DNA of 64,000 bases from Sarea resinae (Eukaryota). The notes under the pieces are model-generated. The model was given only the letters and a program-made list of their open reading frames with translations, was not told the origin of the DNA and did not search any database. Shown here piece by piece: positions 12,691 through 25,200 of the stretch (the first letter of the stretch is position 1; each line of letters begins with the position of its first letter). The stretch spans positions 186,001 through 250,000 of the forward strand of contig JAPEUD010000018.1 in the NCBI GenBank assembly GCA_026026165.1, in the 5' to 3' direction. The position numbers and the translations under genes were made by a program.

Positions 12691-13799
12691 TTGCCCTGCT
12701 CGTTGACTCGAGTAGAGTGGTGAGTGGTGAAGATGATCTACAGCGTACCTCGAGCGAGCTGCCCGCCATCGTTTACCTGCTATCTGACCCTTGTCATCAA
12801 ACTAAAAAAGTCCGCTAACGGACCCCGCGCCCGTCTCTCCACACACCGACAATTTAACGAGTAACGCTCGAGATAGCCGCTCCTGACAGCTTATTTGACG
12901 TGCTTAGACCCCTCCCTGCCGCGTGCAGAAGACATGCAGAGGCCGTGCAGGAGCCTTATCGGCACCCACTCAGATCTCGGCGAAAAAGCGTGTTGGCCCG
13001 ATCAGATGCACTTAATCAGCATCGTGAAGGGCGACGGCCTAGGATGGGATTTGTGGCTTCATACCGTAGCCGTTGTCGGGTGTGTGTATCTGTGTGAGCT
13101 CGTCGGTGCCGAGGGGAATGCAGTGGATGCATGGGATGAGTGAGAGCTATTGGCAGTAGTATGCTGTCATTGTTTGTCTTGCTATCAGACATATCGAGAT
13201 GCCTCTTTGCGGCGCGAGTGATAACATGCAAGTTCAATTAACCTGGCGGTGCAGAAAACATATCGAGGCGGGGATTTGGTTCCTCGAGAAAGAAAGACAG
13301 TGTGGACTGCGGTGCAGTGCAGTGGAGTAGGGGGGTGACAGGACACACCCACCACACCTTGTCGTGCGTGCATGCGGCGTAGTCCACAGGGGTCGTGAGA
13401 ACACCCTCGGAAGAGAGGGCCCTGAAGAAAGAGGAAGCATATGTCTCTGTGCTGGAAGAGCAGTCCTAAAGAGCATCTTAACATCTCGACCTCGACCACA
13501 TATCTCGTTTGATAGATGAGAGGGGGAAACTCATGCTTTGCTGTCTTCACGAATGATATAGAAGGATTTTCAAATCTGGGGGTTCACATCTGGACACGGA
13601 ATAAAGGATTGGAAGGGGAGATCAGGGATAGAACGAGAGAACGAGCTGGATTCTTGGATCTACGAAGCTCTGCTTTGGGATTTCTCTTGATTCCGCGTTC
13701 TCTGCCGCCGCGGAAAGCAATAGCTGGGAATTACGACTCACCACACTGGTCTCGGAACAGTATAATTCTAGCATCTCATCCGTAGCGAGTCCGCCAGCC

Positions 13800-15282
13800 A
13801 TGGAGGCCAAGCGCACTGATATCACAGACACGCCCGAAACCCTTACCCCCACAGCTGAAATCTCTCCTTCCCCCATCCCTTCGCCCTCTCCGTCAGAAAA
13901 ACAGTCCATCTTTACCGCCGGAGCCACCAGCTTTCTTCCCTCGTTTCTCAAGCCCTTGACACCGCTCTCTTTTGCCCGCGCCCAAGCCACAAACACCACT
14001 CCACCACCCCCACCAGACGGCGGTCTGAAAGCCTGGACTCAAGTGCTAGTAGGCCACCTAGTGCTCTTCAACACATGGGGCTTCATCAATAGTTTCGGCT
14101 TCTTCGAATCGTACTACATCGCTACACTACACCAATTGCCCAGCGCTATCTCCTGGATCGTCAGTATCCAAGTCTTCCTCCTATCTTTTATAGGCAGTGT
14201 CTCCGGCCGCGCCACAGACGCCGGCTGGTACCGCTTGGTGCTCGGCCTTGGATGCTTCTTCCAGCTGCTAGGCATGTTCATGACGAGTCTCGCGACTAGC
14301 TATTGGGAGGTCTTTCTCGCCCAGGGCGTATGTTGTGGGATTGGACACGGTCTCGTCTGGACGCCAACCGTCTCGCTCATCAGCACGTATTTTGCGAGGA
14401 AGAGAGCCGTGGCTGTGACGGTAGTATTAGCAGGATCCAGCACCGGCGGCATTATCTTTCCGCTGGTAGCACAGCAGCTGTTCCCAAAGGTGGGATTTGG
14501 TTGGACGGTCAGGGTCATGGCGTTCGTGGTGATGTTCAATGTAGCTGTCATTCTGGCACTTGCAAGAACGAGATTGCCGCCGAGGAAGACTGGGCCGCTT
14601 TTTGAGTGGGCGGCTTTTAGGGAGCCTGATTATGCGCTGTTCGTCGTCGGCACCTTTTTGATATTGTGGTCGACTTATTTTGCGTATTATTACGTGAGTC
14701 CGCTCTTCTGAGTCGCATTTGACTTCCTTTGGCTCCTAATTGACCAGTCCATCTATTAATTTCGTCCAGCTGAACTCCTATGCCACCTCGGTCCTCCATA
14801 CCAATGCGGCAACTTCCTTGGATCTCCTCTACACTATAAATGCTACAGGCATCCCAGGCCGTATCCTTCCAGCCCTTCTTTCAGACTTCCTGCTGGGACC
14901 CTCCAACACCTTCATTACCCTTGCCTTCCTAGCGGGCATGTTACTATATGTATGGATAGCCGTCAAATCAATCGGAGGTATGTTCGCCTTCGCTGCCGTC
15001 TACGGACTCGTTGCGGCTGGAGTACAGGGAATGTTCGCACCGGCGCTGGCAAGCATGACCAAGGATCTGAGCAAGATGGGTGCAAGGATGGGGATGGCGC
15101 TGAGCGTGGTGAGTGTAGCTTTCTTGACTAGTGCACCGTTGGCAGGAGCATTGATTCAGCGTGACCATGGAGGATATCTGTATGCACAGATCTGGGGCGG
15201 GACGTCGCTTGTGGTTGGAGCATCGATCGTGGTGCTGGCAAGAGTGCCGCGATATGGCTGGGATTTCAGCCGGAAGATGTGA
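13800..15282 (+). CDS. MFS monocarboxylate-porter family transporter (MCH4/MCH5-like)
   Basis: PPDGGLKAWTQV, TWGFINSFGFF, YFARKRAVA and GFGWTVR motifs. Intron 14694-14769 (GTGAGT...CTAAT...CAG) joins the two ORFs. Confidence 0.92.
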
Positions 15283-15589
15283 TATGAATGCCAGTAAAGC
15301 AGCTCAAAGAAGATATGGATGCGTGCTCTTGTGCATTATTTTGAGCTTTCGGGTTCGGATGAACCGAAGTGTTCTGTCTCCCTCGTGGGCCTGAAGTCAT
15401 AAGTGAAGTGTCGGGCACTTGGCTCAATCACCACTTAAATCAAGCGGCAATTTTCCGGGAGTAAATCTTTGACCACCGCTGCCACATCCTAGCAATGACT
15501 TGCAAGGGTCTGGGCATAGTTAATATTGAGGGTGTATAGGAACTAACGTGAATAATGGCTTTTGCGTGGTATATTATAGCTGTGCTAAG

Positions 15590-17376
15590 TCACCGCCACT
15601 GCTTGCAATTTTTGGCCAACGGCTCGATAACACCTTCGCATATGTCTTGCCAAACCTTGATGTCCTCCCAGTCCCGAGCGCGGGATTCATTAGGGATCAT
15701 TGCCTGGATGCAGCGGGAGACAGCCTTCCGGTAAAGGTCTAGCAATGGATTGCTAGTATCGTCCAGCCACCTTGCCGCCAGTGCGAAGCGTTCCCAAGGA
15801 TTCTTAGGAGCCTCTATATCAGGAAATCGACTTTCGAGCGTCCTCTCATGCCAGATTTCTAGGAGTAGGATTCCGAGCTCGAGAAGCACAATCTTTGGAT
15901 CTATATTCCGCTGAGATTGTGTATTCCGGGTAACGCCGTCGAAGGTAACAGAGACAAAGGGCCGGTCGGCATCGAGCTTTTGCCCTTGAGTGACATCGTT
16001 GGCCTGGCCCGTCGACCGAAGCAGAAAACATACATCATCCTTTGACCAAGCCTTTTCAAGCCACCGTGTCTGTAAAAGCTGAAGGAGATTTGATGCCAGT
16101 CTAAGCGCAAGCAGCATCCGGAATTTCCATGGCAGAATAGAATTGCGGCGAATTGACGCATCTGCTCGGAGGAGAAGAGCCTTCAAAGTCATCGTATCCG
16201 CTTGCTCTTGTGGAATCAACGTATTTTGGGCGGTTGATATCGTTCCTATCTTCCGGTTCTTTGAAAGCGCAAAGGCAACCTGTCGCCGGTCAAATCGAGC
16301 TGCTTCAATGGCACTACAGATATTAGTGACGGGATTCATCCTAGGCAGCATTCCCGGTGTAGTCTGAGGGAGTATCATTTTTGGCCGGGCCGATCCTGAA
16401 GGCCAATTGGAAGAGATTTGACCGGGGGCACTATCGGTGTCCAATTTGAAGACTTGCACATTCGTCTCATACCACAACGGTTTTCCTTGGTCAAGGCTTG
16501 CGGCGAAGATGAGCTGGAAGACAAGAATAGGTACAGAGCTATCTTGTCTAGTTCGTCTCAAGATATCCGTGGCCGTATCGACTCGGTCTTCGAGAAATAA
16601 TTTGGTCTCGTGCTTACTATGACATCCAGCTCTCCAACCCGAAACAATGGCGAGATATAGATGGCCTGCCAAGTCTCGGACTTGGCGAAGAGCCCTTGCG
16701 AGCTTGTCGGCCTTTCTGGACGATGTGCCCATGGCAATGTCGTGACTTGTTAAGGTGATCCTTGTGAAGCGGTCGAACGTATTGGTGTTCTCGTCGAGTT
16801 CTACAATCGCGTCTTTGAGTTCTTTGAATTCAAACATCAGCTTTATCTTGCCGGAGATGTCCCGCCGCATTCCGTTCGAATCCCGATTTGCATTGATGAT
16901 CTCAAGCAAGTCATCAGTGGGACCCTGTCGCCCATATCAGCATCGTTGTGTGGAAGAGTTATTGCAGACACGTATTGGGAAGAACCGACCTCAATGGCAG
17001 GCACAAGACCTGCTATACTCCTCGCTAATCTCTTGACGATATCACTGCTTTCATTGATCATGTCGTCAAATACCCTGTAGTTCTTTGGCCCCAAGTAATC
17101 CTGAATTTGCTCGCAAACGTCTTCATCCTTCAGATACTCATATGGGTCATCTTCAAGGCGCGAGACGTCCTTGCACCCGCTCTTGAGGACAACCAGCTTG
17201 AGAGTTCCCTCGAGTACCTGTTGTTGAGACAGGAGCGCCAAGGTGAGCTTCTCGATATATTGTCGCTTCTTGAAGGCTATTCCGACTCTGCGTAGACCTT
17301 TCTTATACAAGTCAAAGGCTGGCGGTAAGAGTGGGATGGCTCCAAGCACGAGACCTGCAACTTCAATCCCAGACAT
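15590..17376 (-). CDS. HeLo-like N-terminal domain plus C-terminal degenerate kinase-like (DUF7580-type) protein
   Basis: Starts MSGIEVAGLVLGAIPLL, a typical fungal HeLo-like/STAND-associated N-terminus. Intron 16989-16925 joins AIE to GPTDDLLEII. C-terminal RMLLALRLASNLLQL...WL...WSKDDV, LLELGILLLEIWH and YRKAVSRCI...VIEPL. Confidence 0.8.
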
Positions 17377-17622
17377 GGCGAGAGGACTTTGGACAAAGTA
17401 TGGGGAACATGTGGTTACATGCAGCGTGTGGATGCAAGCGGTCTTGGAGGGCTTGAGTCGAGATAACACGCCCGCAAGGGGAGCATTTACTGCGCAGTAC
17501 TGAAGTAGGCTTCCAATCGTGCAATCTTCATTCGCCTCTATTGACGCATTGCGGACGCATACTCTCAACAGCTTTCGAGCGCCGAGCTTCTTCTTCAGAG
17601 CGTCCTGGAGGCCCTGGGAAGA

Positions 17623-20430
17623 ATGGCGCAGTCCGACTATGACTCTATGGCAGCGCCATTGAAAGGAGAGTCTTTGGCAGAGACGGGTTCAGAGACTATG
17701 AGGCTCTTCAATCAGATCAAGGTCACGGAAACGCCGCTCGACGGTCAGTGGCCAAAAGAACAATTCGTAGCTGAAGCCGATCGTTTTGAGCTTTGGGCCG
17801 TGAACATGGGTCTTTTTGTATCCGGCCATGGCTCCTGAATGCCCTCACTGTTTTACTTTGTGCTCGACGGAAGTATTGGCCGAAAAAGCATGGAGGTGAG
17901 AAAGACTCGACATTATGCTGACCATAACGAAGACACTGATAATATTATTTACAGAGCCCACCTCATTCATGACTTGCGCCCTTATATATGTACATACGAA
18001 GACTGTAGGAATCCTGACCAGCTTTACGATACGCGTCAAGACTGGATCCAACATGAGAATTCATCACATCGAAGAATATGGCGTTGCCCAGAGCACCCAG
18101 CTCAGACCTTCGTCCAACTCAAAGGATTTCGAGAGCACCTATGCAACGAACATGCAAACTACAGTGATGAGGGGTCAGCAGACGCCATAATTCGCGCTAG
18201 CGAGTCGACTTCGGCATCTACGGACAGATGCTGCCCGATCTGCTTACTATCTCTGACAGATGCAAAAGCACTACAAAGTCATATTGCGCTCCATCTGGAG
18301 CGGTTTTCTCTATTTGCGTTGCCGCGATTCACTGACGACGATGACATGGGTTCTAATGAAGGGGAGTCTGACAAGGCCAATGTTGCTTTCGACGGCTCCA
18401 GAGACGGCGACTTTGACATGGACGTGGTAAAGAAAGACGAGAATGATCTGAAGACATCAGCTATTGCGCGGCAACGTTGGAAGATAGCCCTGGAGAAAAC
18501 GGGCTCAAATAGGGCGGGTAGGCGAAGATCAAGCCCAGTATCTGTCCAGTGTGTACTCAGTCGTTGGCTGGATAACCGATATCCAACAAATCCGAGTGAT
18601 CCGAAAGGAATGCACACTCTGGCACGGAACGATTTTACCAGTGGATGGAGACGGATGGCTGAACGGACGTTGGTGGAGATGCTCGAAGTAAGGAAGATGG
18701 TGCTGGGCCCAAGAGATGAACGTACCTTGACCATCATGTTCGAGCTAGCCTTGATCTATCTTGAGGTTCACCAATGGGACAATGCTCTCGAGTTGCTATA
18801 TGGTATACAAAAGCAGCTGCAGCCACAAAAAGCCCTTGCAATACGCCAACATATACTTCGAACACAAAACAATAGGAAATGGGGACAACATCCTCGTGAA
18901 GCTGGAAAGAGAATGTTGAAAGTGATGATGCTGCTATTGCAGGGAAGGCTACTATCCCTGGAGCACCAAGATGCGGAGTGGTGTATGGAGATCATGGGAA
19001 AGATGTGTCGAGATCAAGAACCAGTGTACGATGCGGAAATGCTGCAGAAGCAGGCTATGAAAACGAGCAGTCAATTGCTTGGGCAAAGACATAAAGTTAC
19101 GCTAGAGATCGTATCAGATCTAGCATCACTTTATAGTCAGGAAGGCAAATGGGACGAGGCCGAAGAGATGCAATTGCAAGCCTTAGAGGCAAGCAGAGAG
19201 ACACTAGGGCCGTATCATGAAGACACGCTAGAGATCATGTCAGACCTAGCATCGACCTATATCCATCAGGGGAAAGAGAAGCATGCCGAAGATCTGCTAT
19301 TGCAAATTTTGAAGGCAAGTGAAGAGGATGAAGAGGAGCTAGAGCAGGATGATCCAGGTAGGCTTGAGATTGCATTGCGTCTAGCATCTCTCTATAAGCA
19401 GCAGGGAAGATGGAAGGAGGCAAGCAAGACAATGCTAGGGCAGGATGATCTATATGGAATCAACTACACCTTCTATCCAGCATTCGGTTCCAACCAGGCA
19501 AAGGAAAGGACGAAAGCCGAAGAGCTGCAGTCTCAGGTCTTGGAGGAAAGCAAGAAGACATTAGGGCGGGACCATCCAGATACGCTAGCGATCATGTCGC
19601 ATCTCGCATCAACTTACTGCCAGCAGGGGAGATGGAAGGAAGCCGAAGAGCTCCTGTTGCAGGTCTTAGAGACTAGCAAAAAGGTTTTAGGGAAGGGTGA
19701 TCGACGTACGGTGGAGATACAAACGCGTCTAGTATCAGTTTATCAGCAGCAAGGGCAATGGAAGGATGCCCAAGAGTTGTTGCGGGTGCTGGAAAGGAGC
19801 GACCGATTTCCGACACCAGCGTACCAAGGATCTTTGAGTAGTCCAGAAATCCTGGCATCGACGTCTCAACACCAAGGCGGGACGAAGGATGCCAAAGAAC
19901 CGCTGCCACCGTACCATATGCAAGAGCAGCAGCAGCAGAAGGAGGAGGAAGAGGTCTTTGTAGTAGGACCGGACAGAGGAAGGGGGGAGGTCGAGGAGGT
20001 CGTTATAGTGGGGCCGGACAGAGGAAGGGCCGAAAGTGCGCGAATTTCCCCCCTTAAGTTCAGGGCACCCGGGGACGACACGATCGATAGGGCAGAGGAT
20101 GACGACATAATAATCGTCGAAAGGGGGAGACGTTCCCCCATTGTTTCAAGGCAACTCGATAACGAGACGATCGATTGGGCAGAGGAACCCAACAAAGGAG
20201 TTACCGAAAGTGAGAGACTTACCCCCCTTAAGCTCAAACCACTGGGAGACGACACAATCGATAAGGCAGAGCCGTTTAACAGAGGAATCGCCAAAATTGC
20301 AAGAGAACTCCCCGCGGACACCAGCGCACTCGGAGACGAGAAGATCGATAGGACAGAGGAATCCACCTCAGGCCCTGCGACAAAGGACCCCCCCTTCCCA
20401 CCAAACCAATTCTCGCCTCGTCTCACTTGA
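17623..20430 (+). pseudogene. Disrupted C2H2-zinc-finger / kinesin-light-chain-type TPR protein gene
   Basis: N-terminal segment ...ADRFELWAVNMGLFVSGHGS stops at TGA 17836-17838. The next conserved block ECPHCFTLC...AWR|AHLIHDLRPYICTYEDC starts in the +1 frame at 17837 (intron 17896-17954). It is followed by ~42-aa TPR repeats (e.g. LGRDHPDTLAIMSHLASTYCQQGRWKEAEEL). Confidence 0.7.
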
Positions 20431-21559
20431 TCAGATCGTCATCTCGCTATATCATCACAAACCGAAGCGCGATCGAAGCATCGATACCGCTGGGCTCCGC
20501 CGCAAATCACAGCCCGGAACCCGGGCAGCGACAATACCAAGCCAAGCATCCTGGGTGGACGACGCCCATCCCCAAGCCCTTCCCATAACACGAGAGCTAC
20601 CGGATCAGCTTTGAGAAAAAACCCCCAACTTCAGTCTTCCCGTACAGGTGCACTGCAGCAGACGTATTCGAGCCCACCAAGCCACCTCATCCATTCAGGC
20701 ACAACAGGAACAATGAATCTCTTCAAACAATGGTAATGAAAGACTTTCGATAGTCTAGAAGGCCCCAGGTTGTCGAAGCGCTCAAGCAGTCCATCCAGTT
20801 CCGGGTATATCACAGACCCTCGACAGTCCTCTGCCCTGCGGCGATCGACCCCGCCACCCGCGGCACTAAGAGCACGTCTCGATACGGAAGCAGATCCAAC
20901 CAGACTTCTCTTCCCAACCCAACGCCGTCTGCTTCTTTTCACACGAGAAGAATCCCCACTGGCCGACCAGCCGTGCCCTCGGCAGGAGTGGGAGACCAGG
21001 CGGTGAGAACACCGTTTCCTCCCTCCCTACTCGATGGTACTGTTTGCCACGGCGGCTGGTCAAAAGGAGGGGGGGAGGTGGCCAATCAATGCCATGTGGT
21101 GAAAGGGAGCAGGAGAGCATCTCACGCAGTATCATTATCGAAATTTGCAAGGAGCCAGTTGAATTACCCACGACGCACGAGGGTTACTACCCACGACGCG
21201 CGAACGGAACAGAACATCTTGGACGCCCCTTAACCCACCACCGGCCAGAGAAGTAGGGAGGCAGGCAGTGAAGGCGGAAGGGAGGGCCGCAGTAGGAATG
21301 ACATACAGATCAACAAAAGGTATAAAGTCATTGATTTAGTATGCTAGCAGGTCCAGTAATACATGTATATCACAGTCATCAGAAAAAGAGAGGCACCTAT
21401 CCACATTTAAGCATACGTATATCTACATACATATGTATAACAGGACATTCCAAAACAAAAACAAACGAGAAGAATACCAGCTCTGTAGTCCAGTGCTATC
21501 CTGTAGTCCAATCCATTCACAACCGACCACTACGATCATAGAGAGAACACCCTCTTCGT

Positions 21560-22220
21560 GGTTTTTTTTTTCATTCTGTTAAGTAGGAGAGGAGAGGGGA
21601 GAGAGGAGAGAAGAGAGAGGAAAGAGAGAGTAGATGGATATAGTACAGTACACTCTCTCCAGAGATAGAAAGAGACAGTGAGAGGGAGAGTGTGTGTCTG
21701 TAAGAGAGAAAGTCAAGGTGACAAATCTACTACATAAAAGTCCTGTTTCCCCCTCTCCTATCCCCTATCCACCCCTATTATTTCATATTTCATATTTTCA
21801 TATTTTGTCGTCGGCTAGAGAGAGAGCCCATCAGCCTATCAACCTATCAACCCATCAACCCATCAGTCAGTTAACTAAACACTTATTCAATCAATCAATC
21901 AATCAATCAACCACAACAAACACAGAACGCCTGTATGCCGAAAAAGGATAGCTGTAGCAGACATAGCTGGCGCATGTGATGAATCTGGGGAGGGGGCCAC
22001 CACTCAGGAACAATAAAGTGCCGGTAGAGGCCAAAAACACGGCCAAGGCCAAAGCCACGGCTCAGGTCAAGGACAAGGCTCAGGTCAAGGTCAAGGCCAA
22101 GGCCAAGGTCAAGGCGTAGCTGTACTTTTCTCGCGTCATCGTGGCGGCAGCGAAAGTAGAGCGTTAGGTTTGGACTATTACTATTGTTACTATGACTACT
22201 ATGACTACTCCTCCTCCTAC
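21560..22220. repeat. Cluster of simple sequence repeats: T-run, GA-rich tract, (TCAA)n, (GGYCAA)n, (CTATGA)n
   Basis: GA-rich 21585-21690; TCAA repeats about 21887-21910; ggccaa/ggtcaa hexamers about 22041-22113; ctatga repeats about 22189-22208. Confidence 0.85.
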
Positions 22221-25200
22221 GAGACGAAACGCCGAAACCCTCTCCTTCTTCTTCGTGCTTTGTTTTCCTCTCATCCTCCCGAGTCACCCCGGCGGGCCGA
22301 CTCGCCCCAGCCCTAGCCCGACATCTCTTTTGCTCTTCCGGGCTCATGTGTATAAAAGTTCCGCTTGAACAGGCGGGTTGAACGGGCTGGGTTCCTGTGC
22401 TGAAACGACAAATAGAAAGGAAAGCGGTCCACCAATGATAGCATGCCCATTCCTGTAGCAAAAGATCAGCGACCAGACGGGGCTGCCCGATACCGCAAAC
22501 GAGTCGACTTCAATGGGCACGGCTGCTTGAGTGACCATTCGCATCATGCTTTTCTTGGCCAGGCAAGGAGCTTGAATGATTTCAATCCGTGCCTCTGGTT
22601 TCCTGAAACGAACTATGTATATCCCTTTCTTAACAATTGGTGTACTGGGCCAGTGTCGGTGAAAATGTAATGGCCAGCCATTTCATCTGCAAGGTACTGA
22701 GCGTGGCAGTAGCAATTGCCACCGTTCTGGTACAAAGAACAGCCTGTTCCGCATCGAGTAGGCTAGACCATGCAATGTGATAGCACTTGCAGCAAATGCC
22801 GAAGCATTGCATGCATCTTTATCGACCCGGTATGCCGTCAGAGAACTCGGCGGAGAGTCGGCAGATCATGTCCCGCGCCTCTTTTTCCTCGTCAACAAAC
22901 TATATCGCCTGCCGCAGACGAAGCAGTAAGATGCGATATAGTCTTGATTCGTCGGGTCGACCCTTGAGCCTGATGCGTCTAGAATAGCGGGCGCGTGGCC
23001 AGGAATAACGTAAACCCTCGCTGATGGATGACCCGTTGACCTCGCCCGTAAAGCATTGAAAGCAGGCAGCACTTCCCGGCAACAATACTCCACCTAGCGT
23101 GTGTTGAGTTGCCTAATGCGTTCTATGCAATACCACAACCGACGGCGACCAGGTAAAATGTAATTGAAAGATACCCATGACACGAGGCACGCTCCTCCCA
23201 TCTGGAAATGCGGCCCGTCGTGCCTGTATGGTCGGCTCAGAGGTGGACTCGCTGCGAACATGGCTCAATGGCTCGAGGCCAGTCTGGCCTCGGCTTTCTC
23301 TAGCGTTCCGCGGCTGCGCCATTGCTGCACCGGCCGGTAGGAATAGCAACCCAATAAGCTTCCGTGATGGTGGCGCGCGGGCGCGACGGGTACACCCACA
23401 CCCCGCGCTCGCAGACGGTCCGTTCGCAGTGACGCTAATATGACCATTTGTCCACTCTTATTTCTTTCTCGCTAAGAAGTAGGCATCCGTCTCTGTCACT
23501 TTGTAGTTTCGTATGCTGCAGCCTTGTGGGCGGTGAATGATGAGGGTGGTGAGGCTACTAGCCAAATCCAATGGCAAGGTAATATGACCGTCTGCACTAT
23601 GTTCAGTACGGTGCCAGGAAAAAGGACAAAGATGACGTCGGAAGATGCACAGGGGCCGTCAACACTCGAAGACAATGACAGGCTGTATCGACGTGAACAC
23701 CACCCGTTGCGTCCTTTGCGCCATTTCCCTGGCTGCTGAAGTCGCACGAATGCAAGAAGTAAATAGCAAGGGTGTCTGGCCTACAGGCCTACCGGATCAT
23801 CTCCAACCTCTGATTCCCTGTCCCAATGATTCCCGATCGGTTGGAAAATAGACGATCTTGCTTCTCGTGACTTATCACTGCAGTGGAACTGGTTGTCTGC
23901 GACGATTGGCTGAAGGGAGAATGGTCTAGCATGAGTCGAGGACGCAGAGCCTCATCGCACATTCCGGTGGAATATGTGTGCTCGCATGATGCAAGATCAT
24001 ACTATTGTCGTCAAGATTGACTTGCGATACCTAGCACACGCAACCCCGACCGAGGAGATCTAATGTAGCTAGATCGCTAGGGTGTATTAGGTGTCATAGT
24101 AGATCGTTCCGATCTACCCCAAGTGCATGTGCATGAGCTGTCTCGTCCGGAGATTTCAAACCACAAGGAACAATACCGCGTTGGTCTTTAAAAAGTACGT
24201 ATGCTGGCAAGGACAAGTCTGAGGTAAGATTAATAAGATTTTTAACTATAATCAAATCGACTGGCTTACCGCTCACACGGGGCCAAGCGAACTCCTTCCC
24301 GCTTCCCCGCGTCCACCGCCTTCGTGCTGCGCAAGGATGGTCGTCGAATATTGTTTGTCAATGAGTTCTGCCCGCCAGGGTCCAGAGCTCGGCAGAGAGG
24401 GCCATCTTGAGCCGACCTATGACGGGCATTCGTCTCTTCTGATGTTCGCCGTTGACCTGGCTTGCAAGGGATAGTTATCGGTGGGACGACGGGAGTTGTT
24501 GCCGGTATGTTGGGGTCATGGCACTTCTGGTGCTCAAGACGATTCCGACTGCCCCGACCAGCGAATTCGCATGCTGAGTGACCGCGTACTATAGTAACTT
24601 CGGGTATTCGCCTAAACATGCACTTACATGTTCGATGAGGATATCCGGGGCGCTCCAGCCGTCATCCCTTACGATCCCATTTGTTCGTGCATAGAATGAC
24701 TTGCCAGGGGCGCTCCGTAGACTTGAAGATGAGCGGCTAAAAGAGCGATGATTCTCTAGTCTCCTTTCGAGAGACCATGTATTTAAAGATGATTGGGACC
24801 GCTTCATTGGGGTGTGATACCAGACCACCCCTCTTTTGGTGACGTACAAAAAGCCAGGAACGAGAAAGCCTGCCAGAGTCCTTGATCCTATCTCATTCAT
24901 AAGGATGACATCCACTAAGAGTGGTTCATCGACAGGCGCTGCGTGTTCATCCCAGAGGCAAGCGATCAAGCGACAAGACCCGCCGGTCAACTTTCATGCT
25001 GATGCTACGCTTCCAGTGGTTCAGAAGAGCGCGCCAACGAGAGCCCCTCTGAGGCCGCCAGTCTCCCTAGTCCGGCAATCGAGCGTTATCTGCAGGACCC
25101 TCAAACCCACGAACAAGTCGCTCTAGGCCTTTCGGCTAGTCGAACAAACAGCGAGAATGGCTACCAAGAAAATCCTCAGGACACAAAAAGCTTGAACTCG

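Noticed and set aside
15590..17838. Amyloid signalling motif shared between the HeLo-like protein C-terminus and the TPR protein N-terminus
   Set aside because: No N/Q/G-rich HET-s-, sigma- or PP-type motif is visible in either protein.
21907..22461. 184-aa minus-strand ORF
   Set aside because: Its length is largely due to stop-free hexamer microsatellites (LDLGLG, SHSSHS); no domain evidence.
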